Assembly (NCBI GenBank): GCA_965204535.1
Contig: OZ241996.1
Coordinates: 1,280,001 to 1,344,000, forward strand
Length of the DNA stretch: 64,000 nt
DNA from: a bacterium
GTDB lineage: Bacteria > UBA8248
Direction: 5' to 3'
Part shown: piece by piece, positions 1 to 8,622 of the stretch
Layout: the number at the start of each line of letters is the position of its first letter
Numbering within the stretch: the first letter of the stretch is position 1
The notes under the pieces: generated by a model
Told to the model about the DNA's origin: nothing
What the model saw: only the letters and a program-made list of their open reading frames with translations
Databases searched by the model: none
Position numbers and translations under genes: made by a program

Positions 1-2
1 CC

Positions 3-497
3 TGCGTGGGCCACGACCCGCCCCTGCTCTCGATATCGGTGGGCGTGCGCGAAAGTTCCTACAAGGACACGGCGCGCAACATCATGGAGACGCAGGGCTA
101 CGTCATCCACACGGTGGTGGACGGCCTGGAAGAGCAGATGAACATCTGCGCGGACGACTATCCCTTCGAGGTGAGCGAGTTCGAGGAAGCGGGCTTGACG
201 CCGATAGATTCCGATCTCGTGAAGGCCCCGCGCATCGCAGAAGCCCCCGTGGCTATGGAGTGCCAGTTCCGCCACCTCATCACGAACGGGCGCGAGCACC
301 TGACGAACGTCATCATCGGCGAGGTGGTGCGCTGGCACGTTCGCGAGGACGTGATGATCGAGGAGGGGAAATACATCGACCCCGTGCTGCTCCGGCCCGT
401 GGGCAGGCTGGCGGGCAACGGGTACTGCCGCTCGCACGACGTGTTCGATATGCAGCGGCCCGACAGGAAGGCGACGCAGTTCAGCCCCAAGGGCTGA
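3..497 (+). CDS. Flavin reductase-like FMN-binding family protein, 5'-truncated by the window edge
   Basis: PPLLSISVG, KDTARNI, SEFEEAGLTP, KAPRIAEAPVAMEC and VGRLAGNGY motifs; frame is open to the window start. Confidence 0.85.
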   Translation, partial: CVGHDPPLLSISVGVRESSYKDTARNIMETQGYVIHTVVDGLEEQMNICADDYPFEVSEFEEAGLTPIDSDLVKAPRIAEAPVAMECQFRHLITNGREHLTNVIIGEVVRWHVREDVMIEEGKYIDPVLLRPVGRLAGNGYCRSHDVFDMQRPDRKATQFSPKG

Positions 498-539
498 TCG
501 TCATTATCAAAATCCTCTTAGGCGAAGGAGGGGAATGAG

Positions 540-1610
540 ATGAGCGACATACCGGAAACCATGAAGGCCGCCGTCACGCACGGCGCGCACGAGGTGCGCA
601 TCGAGCAGATTGCCGTGCCCGACTACGAACCCGACCAGGTGCTGGTGAAGGTCGCCGCCTGCGGCATCTGCGGCACGGACATCCATATCTACGAGGGGCA
701 CATGCGCCCCATGTGGCCGCCTTTTTATCCCTTCGTCCAGGGGCACGAGTGGGCGGGGGAGGTGGCCGCCATCGGAAGCGGCGCGAAAACCTCTCTCGAA
801 GTGGGCGACCGCGTCATCATGGAGCCGACGGTTGGCTGCGGCGGCTGCGCCACCTGCATCCGGGGCGACTACCACATCTGCGAGAACGCCGCGAAGCCAG
901 GCGGCGGCTACAAGCTCCTCGGCCATACGGCGAACGGCGCGTTCAGCGAATACGGCTTGGCGCCCCCGAACAACCTCCACAAGATGCCCGACTCCATGAA
1001 ATGGGAAGACGCGGTGATTGTGAACCAGGTCGTCATCGCGCTGCACGCGCTAGAGCGCGGGGGCATCGAGCCCGCCGACACCGTGGCGATTCTCGGCCCC
1101 GGCCTGCTGGGGCTCGCCGTCCTCCAGCTCGTCAAAATGATGGGCGCGTCAAAGACCTTCATCACCGGACGGGGCTACCGGCTGGGAATCGCGGAGGAAC
1201 TCGGCGCCGACCGCACCATCGACATCACGAAGGAGGACCCCGTCGAGGTCGTAATGAGCGAGACGGACGGCCGCGGGGTGGACCTCGTCATCGAGTGCGC
1301 CGGCCCGCCCGAGGTGATGCGCCAGGCGGTGGACATGGCGCGGCGCGGCGGGCGCGTGGTGCTCGAGGGCATCAACGGCGGCCAGGAGACGCCTTTCAAC
1401 ACCGACCGCATCGTGCTCGATGAAATCGCCATATTCGGCGGACGCGGATCGCCCAACTGCTACCCGAGGGCGATCCAGATCATCGCAGACGGCCACATCG
1501 CCATCGACAAGATGCTCACGCACTCTTTCGCGCTCGATGACTTTGGCGAAGCGATGCGCATGTTCAAGGCGCGGGAAGACGGTGTGATGCGCGTGATGCT
1601 GACGCCCTAG
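540..1610 (+). CDS. Zn-dependent medium-chain dehydrogenase (sorbitol/threonine dehydrogenase-like)
   Basis: CGICGTD, GHE, structural Zn CxxCxxCx7C, GPGLLG Rossmann motif; AAGGAGG RBS. Confidence 0.9.
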   Translation: MSDIPETMKAAVTHGAHEVRIEQIAVPDYEPDQVLVKVAACGICGTDIHIYEGHMRPMWPPFYPFVQGHEWAGEVAAIGSGAKTSLEVGDRVIMEPTVGCGGCATCIRGDYHICENAAKPGGGYKLLGHTANGAFSEYGLAPPNNLHKMPDSMKWEDAVIVNQVVIALHALERGGIEPADTVAILGPGLLGLAVLQLVKMMGASKTFITGRGYRLGIAEELGADRTIDITKEDPVEVVMSETDGRGVDLVIECAGPPEVMRQAVDMARRGGRVVLEGINGGQETPFNTDRIVLDEIAIFGGRGSPNCYPRAIQIIADGHIAIDKMLTHSFALDDFGEAMRMFKAREDGVMRVMLTP

Positions 1611-1690
1611 GCTGCGTCACAGCGCAGCGCATTCAAAACGAACGAACCGGTCCGCCGGGCCTGATTTGAGAGACATAAGGAGGATATTCC

Positions 1691-2740
1691 ATGCCCCAGA
1701 AACTCCTGCCCACCACCGTCGTTGGCAGCTACACCCAGCCGGAATGGCTCATCGACCGCGAGAATCTCACCACGCGCCTCCCTCCGCGCGTGCGCGTGCA
1801 GGAGATATGGCGCATCCCGCCCGAACACCTGGAAGCCGCGCAGGACGACGCCACCCTCCTCGCCATCCGCGACATGGAGCGCGCGGGAATCGACATCATC
1901 TCGGACGGCGAGGTGCGCCGCGAGAGCTATTCGAACCGCGTTGCCACGGCCCTGGGCGGCATCGACACGGAAAACCACGGGTATGCGAAGGACCGCTCGG
2001 GCCGGGACAATCCCGTGCCCCGTGTGATGGGCAAAATCCACCGCCCCCGGCCCATCGAGGTGAGCGACGTGGAGTTTCTGCGCGCCAACACGGATCGCGA
2101 GATCAAGATCACTCTGCCGGGGCCGTTCACCATGACGCAGCAGGCGCAGGATGATTACTACGGCGGCGATCAGCGCGCGATGGCGCTCGACTACGCCCGC
2201 GCGGTGAACGAGGAGGTGAAGGACATGTTCGCAGCGGGCGCCGACGTGGTGCAGATCGACGAGCCCTACATGCAGGCGCGCGCGGAGATAGCCAGGGAGT
2301 TCGCCGTGGAGGTGATCGGCGAGGCCTTGAAGGGTGTCGAGGGCACCACCGCGCTTCACATGTGCTTCGGCTACGCGGCCATCCACGCCTGGCAGGGGCT
2401 GGAAAAGCCCGACGCCTATTCCTTCCTGCCCGAACTCAACGAGAGCGACATCGACCAGATATCCATCGAGGCGGCCCAGCCGCGTCTCGATCTCGCCGTG
2501 CTGGAGAAGCTGCCGGACAAGACCATCATCCTGGGCGTCATCGACAACGACGACCCCGCGATCGAAACGCCCGAAACCGTCGCCGCGCGCATCCGGGCGG
2601 CGCTCAACCATATTACGCCCGAGCGGCTCATTATAGCGCCCGATTGCGGCATGAAGTACATGGACCGCGACGTCGCCTTTGGCAAGCTCAAGTCCATGGC
2701 CGAGGGCGCGGCCATCGTGCGCGAGGAGATCGGGGGGTAG
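1691..2740 (+). CDS. Single-domain cobalamin-independent methionine synthase II family protein (MetE C-terminal barrel)
   Basis: PTTVVGSY, SDGEVRR, QIDEP, Zn ligands in HMC, SIE and PDCG; AAGGAGG RBS. Confidence 0.88.
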   Translation: MPQKLLPTTVVGSYTQPEWLIDRENLTTRLPPRVRVQEIWRIPPEHLEAAQDDATLLAIRDMERAGIDIISDGEVRRESYSNRVATALGGIDTENHGYAKDRSGRDNPVPRVMGKIHRPRPIEVSDVEFLRANTDREIKITLPGPFTMTQQAQDDYYGGDQRAMALDYARAVNEEVKDMFAAGADVVQIDEPYMQARAEIAREFAVEVIGEALKGVEGTTALHMCFGYAAIHAWQGLEKPDAYSFLPELNESDIDQISIEAAQPRLDLAVLEKLPDKTIILGVIDNDDPAIETPETVAARIRAALNHITPERLIIAPDCGMKYMDRDVAFGKLKSMAEGAAIVREEIGG

Positions 2741-2755
2741 GGGGGTTGAATCTAG

Positions 2756-3064
2756 TTAATTGGATTTTCCGCCGAAGGCAGTATTGCGCAAGGTGGTGTT
2801 GATGCGGGACTGCCACCCCTTGCCGCCTTTTTTGAAATACGCGACAACGTCCGCATCGAGGCGAATGGTAGTCTGCACTTTGGTGGGCTTTTTCTGCGGC
2901 CCGCGAAACTGGCGGGGAGGGTTGCTCGCCAGTTCTCCCCGTGCGTGGGCCGCGACGATCTCGGGTACGACTTCCGAGGCCGGACGCATCTTTTTCAGCA
3001 TCTCCTTGGTCAAAGGACGATCCTCCGGTTCCATCGGTACGTTGTTCTTTTGTTTTCTCGTCAT
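2756..3064 (-). CDS. brnA: BrnA family antitoxin
   Basis: RGPQKKPTKVQTTIRLDADVVAYFKKGGKGWQSRIN signature; AAGGAG RBS before ATG at 3064. Confidence 0.88.
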   Translation of the reverse strand: MTRKQKNNVPMEPEDRPLTKEMLKKMRPASEVVPEIVAAHARGELASNPPRQFRGPQKKPTKVQTTIRLDADVVAYFKKGGKGWQSRINTTLRNTAFGGKSN

Positions 3065-3077
3065 TTTCACTCCTTCG

Positions 3078-3349
3078 TCATGCGCGCTGTTCCGTATATT
3101 GCCTCATCTCTCTTTGATTCGCCTTACGCAGGCTGATGATTCGCACGAACTGCTCACGGCGGGTGAATACCAGAACATGTACCGTTCCTGAATCAGTCCC
3201 AAAGCCCAAAAGCGCCGTTCGTCATATCCGGAGCGCAAATCCTCATAGACCAAAGCCGTTTGCCACTCAAAATCCAGGGCAATGAGGAAATCGACATCAT
3301 GCTTGTCAAGATTAGCCTCCCGTTTGTTCTCATCCCATTCGTATTGCAT
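3078..3349 (-). pseudogene. brnT: BrnT family toxin with a 1-nt frameshift near 3182
   Basis: N-terminus MQYEWDENKREANLDKHDVDF...DERRFWALG is in one frame; C-terminus VHVLVFTRREQFVRIISLRKANQRE is in the shifted frame and ends at TGA 3078-3080. Confidence 0.8.
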
Positions 3350-3354
3350 GTCTG

Positions 3355-3383
3355 ATTGTAATAACAATTTAAGAAAAGCGCAA
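3355..3383 (-). promoter_or_regulatory. Sigma70-type promoter of brnTA with an overlapping imperfect palindrome; likely leaderless mRNA
   Basis: TTGCGC-17 nt-TACAAT, then 5 nt to the ATG; ATTGTTATTACAAT near-palindrome overlaps the -10. Confidence 0.6.
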
Positions 3384-3473
3384 TCGCTATACTGCGTCAG
3401 TGAGTGATGGCTCAGGCTTCCGGTTGTGATATGGTGTCTTGCATTCGCCCACCGAAGCGTTTCGGATACCCAC

Positions 3474-4337
3474 ATGGCAACAAGTACGAAAGCGCAAGTG
3501 CGCAAACCGAACCTCACAACCCATAATGAAAAGCTGACGCCCCCTCTCAAATGGGCCGGCGGCAAGAGGTGGCTCGTCCCGCACATTCAGGCCTATTGGG
3601 AGGCGCACAGCGAGCGCAGACTCGTGGAGCCTTTCTGCGGCGGGTTGGCGGTCGCGCTCGGCCTCGGCCCCGAACGGGCGCTCCTGAACGACATCAACGC
3701 CCCGCTCATGAACTTCTACGCCTGGCTCAAGAAGGGTCTCTCGAACCTTCGACTCGACATGCAAAACGACGCGGAGACTTACTACGCCCACAGGGAGCGG
3801 TTCAACCATCTCCTCATGAGCGGAAAGGGCCGCAACAAGGAGGCGGCAGAGCTTTTCTACTATCTCAACCGTACGGCCTATAACGGACTATGCCGCTTCA
3901 ACGGCAAGGGCGAGTTCAACGTGCCTTTCGGGCGCTACAAGCGCATCAATTACGTGAGGGATTTCTCGGCCTACCGGGAGGCTTTCGAAGGCTGGGAATT
4001 TCTTCGCCGGGATTTCGAGTCGCTGCCCGTCGAGCCCGGTGATTTCATCTACGCGGACCCTCCCTATGACGTCGAGTTCACCAAATACGCCAAGGAGGAT
4101 TTCTCCTGGGCGGGTCAGGTGCGTCTCGCGGAATTTCTCGCCGCGCACGAAGGCCCCGTCGTCCTCTCGAACCAGGCGACGGATAGAATCGTGGAACTGT
4201 ACGAAAAAAACGGATTCGCCCTCTCGTTCCTCGAAGGCCCCCGCCGCATCAGCTGCACGGGCGACCGATCTCCTGCGCGAGAGGTTTTGGCTGTGCGGGG
4301 GGTTGAGAACAAACGTGGAATAGGGTGTGCCGCGTGA
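3474..4337 (+). CDS. Dam/D12-class DNA adenine methyltransferase
   Basis: PLKWAGGK, EPFCGG, YNGLCRFN, FNVPFG and DPPY motifs; start codon uncertain. Confidence 0.9.
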   Translation: MATSTKAQVRKPNLTTHNEKLTPPLKWAGGKRWLVPHIQAYWEAHSERRLVEPFCGGLAVALGLGPERALLNDINAPLMNFYAWLKKGLSNLRLDMQNDAETYYAHRERFNHLLMSGKGRNKEAAELFYYLNRTAYNGLCRFNGKGEFNVPFGRYKRINYVRDFSAYREAFEGWEFLRRDFESLPVEPGDFIYADPPYDVEFTKYAKEDFSWAGQVRLAEFLAAHEGPVVLSNQATDRIVELYEKNGFALSFLEGPRRISCTGDRSPAREVLAVRGVENKRGIGCAA

Positions 4338-4434
4338 GGGGGAGTTTGAACTACCTCAGGCTTGAGAACCGCTTTAGCGGGTTGTATGATGGCGCACGAT
4401 CAGAATCAGATATTGCCGCCCGTGAGGAAATCGG

Positions 4435-5349
4435 ATGACCAACGCCGCTTCGAGTGTTGAAAGCACGGCGCGGCAGCCGGTGCAGGATATGCTCCCTCGA
4501 TTGGAGGGGGAAAAACCCAAGAGCCAACCCGTCCTCGCGTGCGCGGACAACCTCGTATTCATGAGCGAGCTTCCCGACGAGAGGATGAAGCTCATCGTCA
4601 CCTCGCCCCCTTACAACCTCGGAAAAGAATATGAATCGAGAACACCGCTCGACGCTTACGTCGAGGAGCAGGAGCGTGTGATTCGCGAGTGCGTGCGGCT
4701 CTTGCATCCCAAAGGCTCTATCTGCTGGCAGGTCGGTAATTACGTGGAAAACGGAGAGATCATCCCGCTCGACGCGGTTCTCTATCCCGTCTTTCACGAG
4801 CAGGGCCTCAAGCTGCGTAACCGAATCGTCTGGAGTTTCGGCCACGGGCTTCACTGCACCAAGAGGCTCTCGGGCCGATACGAGACGATCAACTGGTGGA
4901 CGAAGGGCGATGATTACACCTGGAATCTCGACCCGATACGGGTTCCGGCGAAATACCCTGGCAAGAAACATTTCAAGGGGCCGAACATCGGTAAACTCTC
5001 GGGGAATCCCAAGGGCAAGAACCCGAGCGACGTGTGGACCTTCCCGAACGTGAAGAGCAACCACCCGGAAAAAACGGTTCATCCCTGCCAGTTCCCCGTT
5101 GAACTCGTGGAGCGCCTCGTTCTCTCCATGACGGATGCGGGCGATGCGATGTTCGACCCCTACATGGGCGTCGGCTCCTCCGTCATCGCCGCGCTCATGC
5201 ACGGGAGAACGGCGTATGGCTGCGATGTCGTTTCCGAATACGTGGATATCGCGCTGGACAGGGTGCGCCGCTTTTATGAGGGAACCCTCAAAACGCGCCC
5301 GATGGGAAAGCCCATCTACGACCCCGCCAAACCAAACGGCGGGCATTAG
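4435..5349 (+). CDS. Beta-class N4-cytosine DNA methyltransferase, cognate to the downstream endonuclease
   Basis: TSPPY (motif IV) precedes HPCQFP and DPYMGVGSS (motif I); stop codon overlaps the endonuclease start. Confidence 0.9.
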   Translation: MTNAASSVESTARQPVQDMLPRLEGEKPKSQPVLACADNLVFMSELPDERMKLIVTSPPYNLGKEYESRTPLDAYVEEQERVIRECVRLLHPKGSICWQVGNYVENGEIIPLDAVLYPVFHEQGLKLRNRIVWSFGHGLHCTKRLSGRYETINWWTKGDDYTWNLDPIRVPAKYPGKKHFKGPNIGKLSGNPKGKNPSDVWTFPNVKSNHPEKTVHPCQFPVELVERLVLSMTDAGDAMFDPYMGVGSSVIAALMHGRTAYGCDVVSEYVDIALDRVRRFYEGTLKTRPMGKPIYDPAKPNGGH

Positions 5350-5960
5350 TGCGCATCCAGGCCAAGTATTCGCATCTGAACGGCGAGGAATACCTGCTCG
5401 TCCACCGCAAACAACTATGGGATGAGGTGAAGGAAGTCATCGCGGAAGTCGATGCGGCGGCTTGCCGGACAAAGGTTTCCAGAGAAAAGACCATGCCCGG
5501 AAAGGTTTTGTTCTCGCCCGCCGACATGAACCGCGCGTTCAAGGATGGCCTCAAGGCGCGCGGCTGGAGTGAGCGCAGGAGCACTTTCTGGCTCACGGCG
5601 GATGAGAAGCTCATGCGCGGCATATACGGCATGTCGGAAAGTGAGCAGAAACGCGCCATCGAGAAGGCGGGATACGAACCCATCATGTCCTACAACCAGA
5701 CGGATTTTGTGAAAGAGCGCGTCGCGGTGGAGGTTCAGTTCGGCAAATACGCCTTCGTCGCGCATGACCTGTTCGTGAAGCATCTCAGTTTCTATGTTTC
5801 CGATATCATCGACGTGGGCGTGGAGATACTCCCCATGAAGGAACTGGAGCGGGAGATGTCTTCCGGTGTCGCCTACTATGAGCGGGATTTGCTGAACGTC
5901 TTGCGGCAAGGACGCGGGGTTCCCGCCGTTCCTCTGGTGCTCGTGGGCGTCGCGCCATAA
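5349..5960 (+). CDS. Type II restriction endonuclease, BglII/BstYI family (probable site RGATCY)
   Basis: YSHLNG, NQTDFVKERVAVEVQFGKY and RQGRGVPAVPLVLVGVAP closely resemble BstYI as recalled; 203 aa. Confidence 0.88.
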   Translation: MRIQAKYSHLNGEEYLLVHRKQLWDEVKEVIAEVDAAACRTKVSREKTMPGKVLFSPADMNRAFKDGLKARGWSERRSTFWLTADEKLMRGIYGMSESEQKRAIEKAGYEPIMSYNQTDFVKERVAVEVQFGKYAFVAHDLFVKHLSFYVSDIIDVGVEILPMKELEREMSSGVAYYERDLLNVLRQGRGVPAVPLVLVGVAP

Positions 5961-5976
5961 CCCAACAAACGTCCCT

Positions 5977-6639
5977 CTACTCACCCCTTTCCTGAAAGGC
6001 GATGCGCTCGCCGGGGGGCTCCACGACGAGGTGGAGCGCCTCGGCCACACGGCCCGTCAGGTTCCACAGACCGCAGATGAGAGTCAGGGAGACGAGTTGT
6101 TCGGTGGAGAAATGTTTCTGCATGGCCTCGAACGCCGCGTCGTTATTCTTCGCCGTCAGGTTCGTGACTTCCTCCGCCCAGCGGACGGCGGCTTTTTCCT
6201 TCTCATTAAAGAGGTCGCTCTCGCGCCAGCCGTCCCCTTCCAATAGGTTGATTTTCTCCTGCGAGATGCCATGAGCCCGACCGAGCTCGACGTTGTGTCC
6301 CAGTCAGTTGTTGCATTCGGTCAGGATGGCCGTCTTGATGATGACGAGCTGGGCCATGTGGATGTATTCGGGGTCGGTGTCCCGGTGCTGGACTCTCAGC
6401 TTTCCGTCCATGATCTGCCAACCCTCGACGAAGCCGGGCGCCCAGCCGAGCAGGCGCAGGAAGCGAGACACCTTGCCCCAGCGCTTCACGCCGCGCTCAT
6501 AGAGGGGCGCCAGTTCGTCGGCCAGGTGTTCGGGAATGTTGTCCGGATCGATGAGCGGCACGCGGGGGAGGGGGCAGGCCATCATTTCCTCGGTGACGCC
6601 CATATCCTGAGAGAGGCCCGTGGCTTCGTTTATCGGCAT
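5977..6639 (-). CDS. AhpD/carboxymuconolactone decarboxylase-like selenoprotein (C109-N-N-U112), 220 aa
   Basis: ORFs 6304..6717 and 5977..6243 are in the same frame and separated only by TGA 6304-6306, reading ECNN-U-LGHNVELGR; SDLFNEKEKAAVRWAEEVT is typical of the family; hairpin follows the TGA. Confidence 0.85.
6273..6288 (-). promoter_or_regulatory. Putative bacterial SECIS apical hairpin
   Basis: GAGCUC-GGUC-GGGCUC; loop begins 22 nt after the UGA. Confidence 0.7.
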
Positions 6640-6776
6640 GGCGAAATCCTTTTCTGGTGATGCGTGAACGGTTAAGAGCGAGAGGCCATTCTGGCGTAAT
6701 GCTGGGGGTGGGATCAATGGGGGAGGGGATTGTCAGAGAGAAACAAGAACCATGAGCAAGAAGGAAATTGCCTGCC

Positions 6777-6854
6777 GTAGGGACAGGTCGCGACCTGTCC
6801 CTACAATCTTGGAGCTCTTATGCGGCGCTCATCCGGGCGGTTCACGGTTCGCCC
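6777..6854. repeat. GTAG-family REP palindromes
   Basis: Perfect 28-bp palindrome GTAGGGACAGGTCGCGACCTGTCCCTAC at 6777-6804, near-identical to 28718-28744; weaker hairpin at 6835-6854. Confidence 0.8.
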
Positions 6855-6895
6855 CTGATCGCTGTAGGATGGGAGCAGAGGAGTGAAGTCATAAA

Positions 6896-7363
6896 ATGCC
6901 CGAATTCATCATCGCGCGGACGGAAGAAGACTACCGAGAGGCTCGAACCTTGCTGCGCGAGTACGAGGCCGCGAGCGAGGTGGACCTTTGCTTTCAGGGT
7001 TTTGAGGAGGAAGTCGAGACTCTGGAGCGGATGTACGGCCCGCCGGGGGGGAGGTTTCTCCTGGTGCGCGCAGGAGACGCCACAGCGGGCGGCGTCGCGC
7101 TTCGGGATTCGGGCGGCGGAATCTGCGAGATGAAGCGGCTTTATCTCAGGCCCGGTTTCAGGGGGCGCGGCCTGGGGAGAAGGTGTGCGGAGCGGGTCGT
7201 CCAGGAGGCGCGGGAGATGGGCTACGCCAGGATGCGGCTCGATACGCTGCCCTCCATGCGCGCGGCCATCGCGCTTTACCGTTCGATGGGTTTCGCGGAG
7301 ATAGACCCGTATACCGAGAACCCCGTCCAGGGCGCGCTCTTCATGGAGTTGGGGTTGGGATAG
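6896..7363 (+). CDS. GNAT family N-acetyltransferase
   Basis: CEMKRLYLRPGFRGRGLG, MRLDTLPSM and AIALYRSMGF motifs. Confidence 0.92.
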   Translation: MPEFIIARTEEDYREARTLLREYEAASEVDLCFQGFEEEVETLERMYGPPGGRFLLVRAGDATAGGVALRDSGGGICEMKRLYLRPGFRGRGLGRRCAERVVQEAREMGYARMRLDTLPSMRAAIALYRSMGFAEIDPYTENPVQGALFMELGLG

Positions 7364-7384
7364 GGTTCTAGCCGTGGAAATAAC

Positions 7385-7526
7385 GTAGGGACAGGCCCCC
7401 GTGCCTGTCCTGACGGAGGACAACCACAGGGGTTGTCCCTACGTTCCCCCACATCTCCGGTTGGGCTTGACGCCGGAATGACGATCAAAGGCGCAATGGC
7501 GGGCGGACACGGGGGTCCGCCCCTAC
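7385..7526. repeat. GTAG-family REP doublet (REPIN-like) plus a single REP
   Basis: GTAGGGACAGGC...GCCTGTCC and GGACAACC...GGTTGTCCCTAC at 7385-7442; GGGCGGAC...GTCCGCCCCTAC at 7501-7526. Confidence 0.75.
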
Positions 7527-7562
7527 GAGAGCAACAAGCCTTGCCTTTTCAAGCGAGGCCGG

Positions 7563-7973
7563 CTACACCCCCAGCGCTCTTTTGGCCTTGCGGTGATCCT
7601 TGGGATTCACCCAGAAGATGGCGCCGTAGCGCTTTCTGCCCGCGGCGATGGCCGTGATGGCGGTGATGTTCACGCCCGCGTCAGCGAGCTTGGTGAGAAC
7701 CGGTATGAGCGCGCCGGTGCGGTCCGTGCCCTCGACGAGGAAGGCCTTTTTCCGGGGGCTCAGCTTGAGCTTCGCCTTGCGCGCGGCGGCGGTGAAAGCG
7801 CGCGCGTCCTCGGGCACGAGGTCGACCTGCACTCGCCTGCGCTCGGGGAAGGCGTGCACAGCCAACATGCCCACCCCTGCGTCCTTGAAGATTTTGGCGA
7901 GGGCGGCGCCCTGGCCCGGCTTGTTGGAAGCGTTGAGGTAATAGTAGTTTACTTCCCGAACCGTCTCTGCCAT
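7563..7973 (-). CDS. Tandem ACT-domain protein
   Basis: NKPGQGAALAKIFKDAGVGM and DRTGALIPVLTKLADAGVNI ACT repeats; AGGAG RBS. Confidence 0.75.
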   Translation of the reverse strand: MAETVREVNYYYLNASNKPGQGAALAKIFKDAGVGMLAVHAFPERRRVQVDLVPEDARAFTAAARKAKLKLSPRKKAFLVEGTDRTGALIPVLTKLADAGVNITAITAIAAGRKRYGAIFWVNPKDHRKAKRALGV

Positions 7974-8292
7974 TGCTTCTCTCCTGATTGACCCGGCGTC
8001 TCCGGGGGGCGAAGTAAGTCTGTCATAGCGGCGCACCGAAGCGCGCGCCTGAACGTAAATAATCATACAACACGAGGCGATGCGAGGGAAACGGGGTGAT
8101 TTCCGATTGACGGAGGAGGGATTGCGCCGGGCGGCAGAAGAGGGATTGACCCGACCGATAAGCCAGAAAACATCGATTCGCTATTTCCTGGAAAACGAGG
8201 ACTCTCGCTCATCGGTCGAAGCGAATCTCACGCGCCGTCCGCGCGCTTCGAAAGATCGTAAATCCACTCGTCCACGGACCCCCAATCACACA

Positions 8293-8569
8293 CGCATTTC
8301 CCCGCATTTGCCGTCGACGGTATTCCGTCGGGATGGGCGAGAATCCCTCACGCGACAGCGCGTGTTCTCATGGACGAGGGCAGGGGGATAAAATGGAAGG
8401 GCGATTGGGCATCGGATCGGAACCGCAGCTACTTTTTGAGCCACGGCGAATTTCTTCTCCGCGGCCCGGTGAACCGCTATCGAACCCGGATAGTGGCCCT
8501 CAGGGAATTCCTGAAAAATTCGATAAAATCCGATAAATTCACGGGGTTTTTCGATAAATAACTGAAAAT
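8293..8569. repeat. Non-coding repeat module related to 26668-26928
   Basis: 8293-8316 matches 26668-26691 at 22/24 (direct); 8524-8569 matches 26792-26837 at 41/46 (inverted). Confidence 0.75.
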
Positions 8570-8622
8570 ATAAATTGATTTAACAAATCGCCATAACCTG
8601 CTGATATATAATTTAATTTAGC

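Noticed and set aside
6777-7526. CRISPR array
   Set aside because: The repeats are palindromic, variable and not regularly spaced by unique spacers; no cas genes are present
8080-8561. Short ORFs in the 8.0-8.6 kb gap, and likewise at 26.6-27.1 kb and 37.1-37.5 kb
   Set aside because: No recognisable motifs, and they overlap repeat DNA
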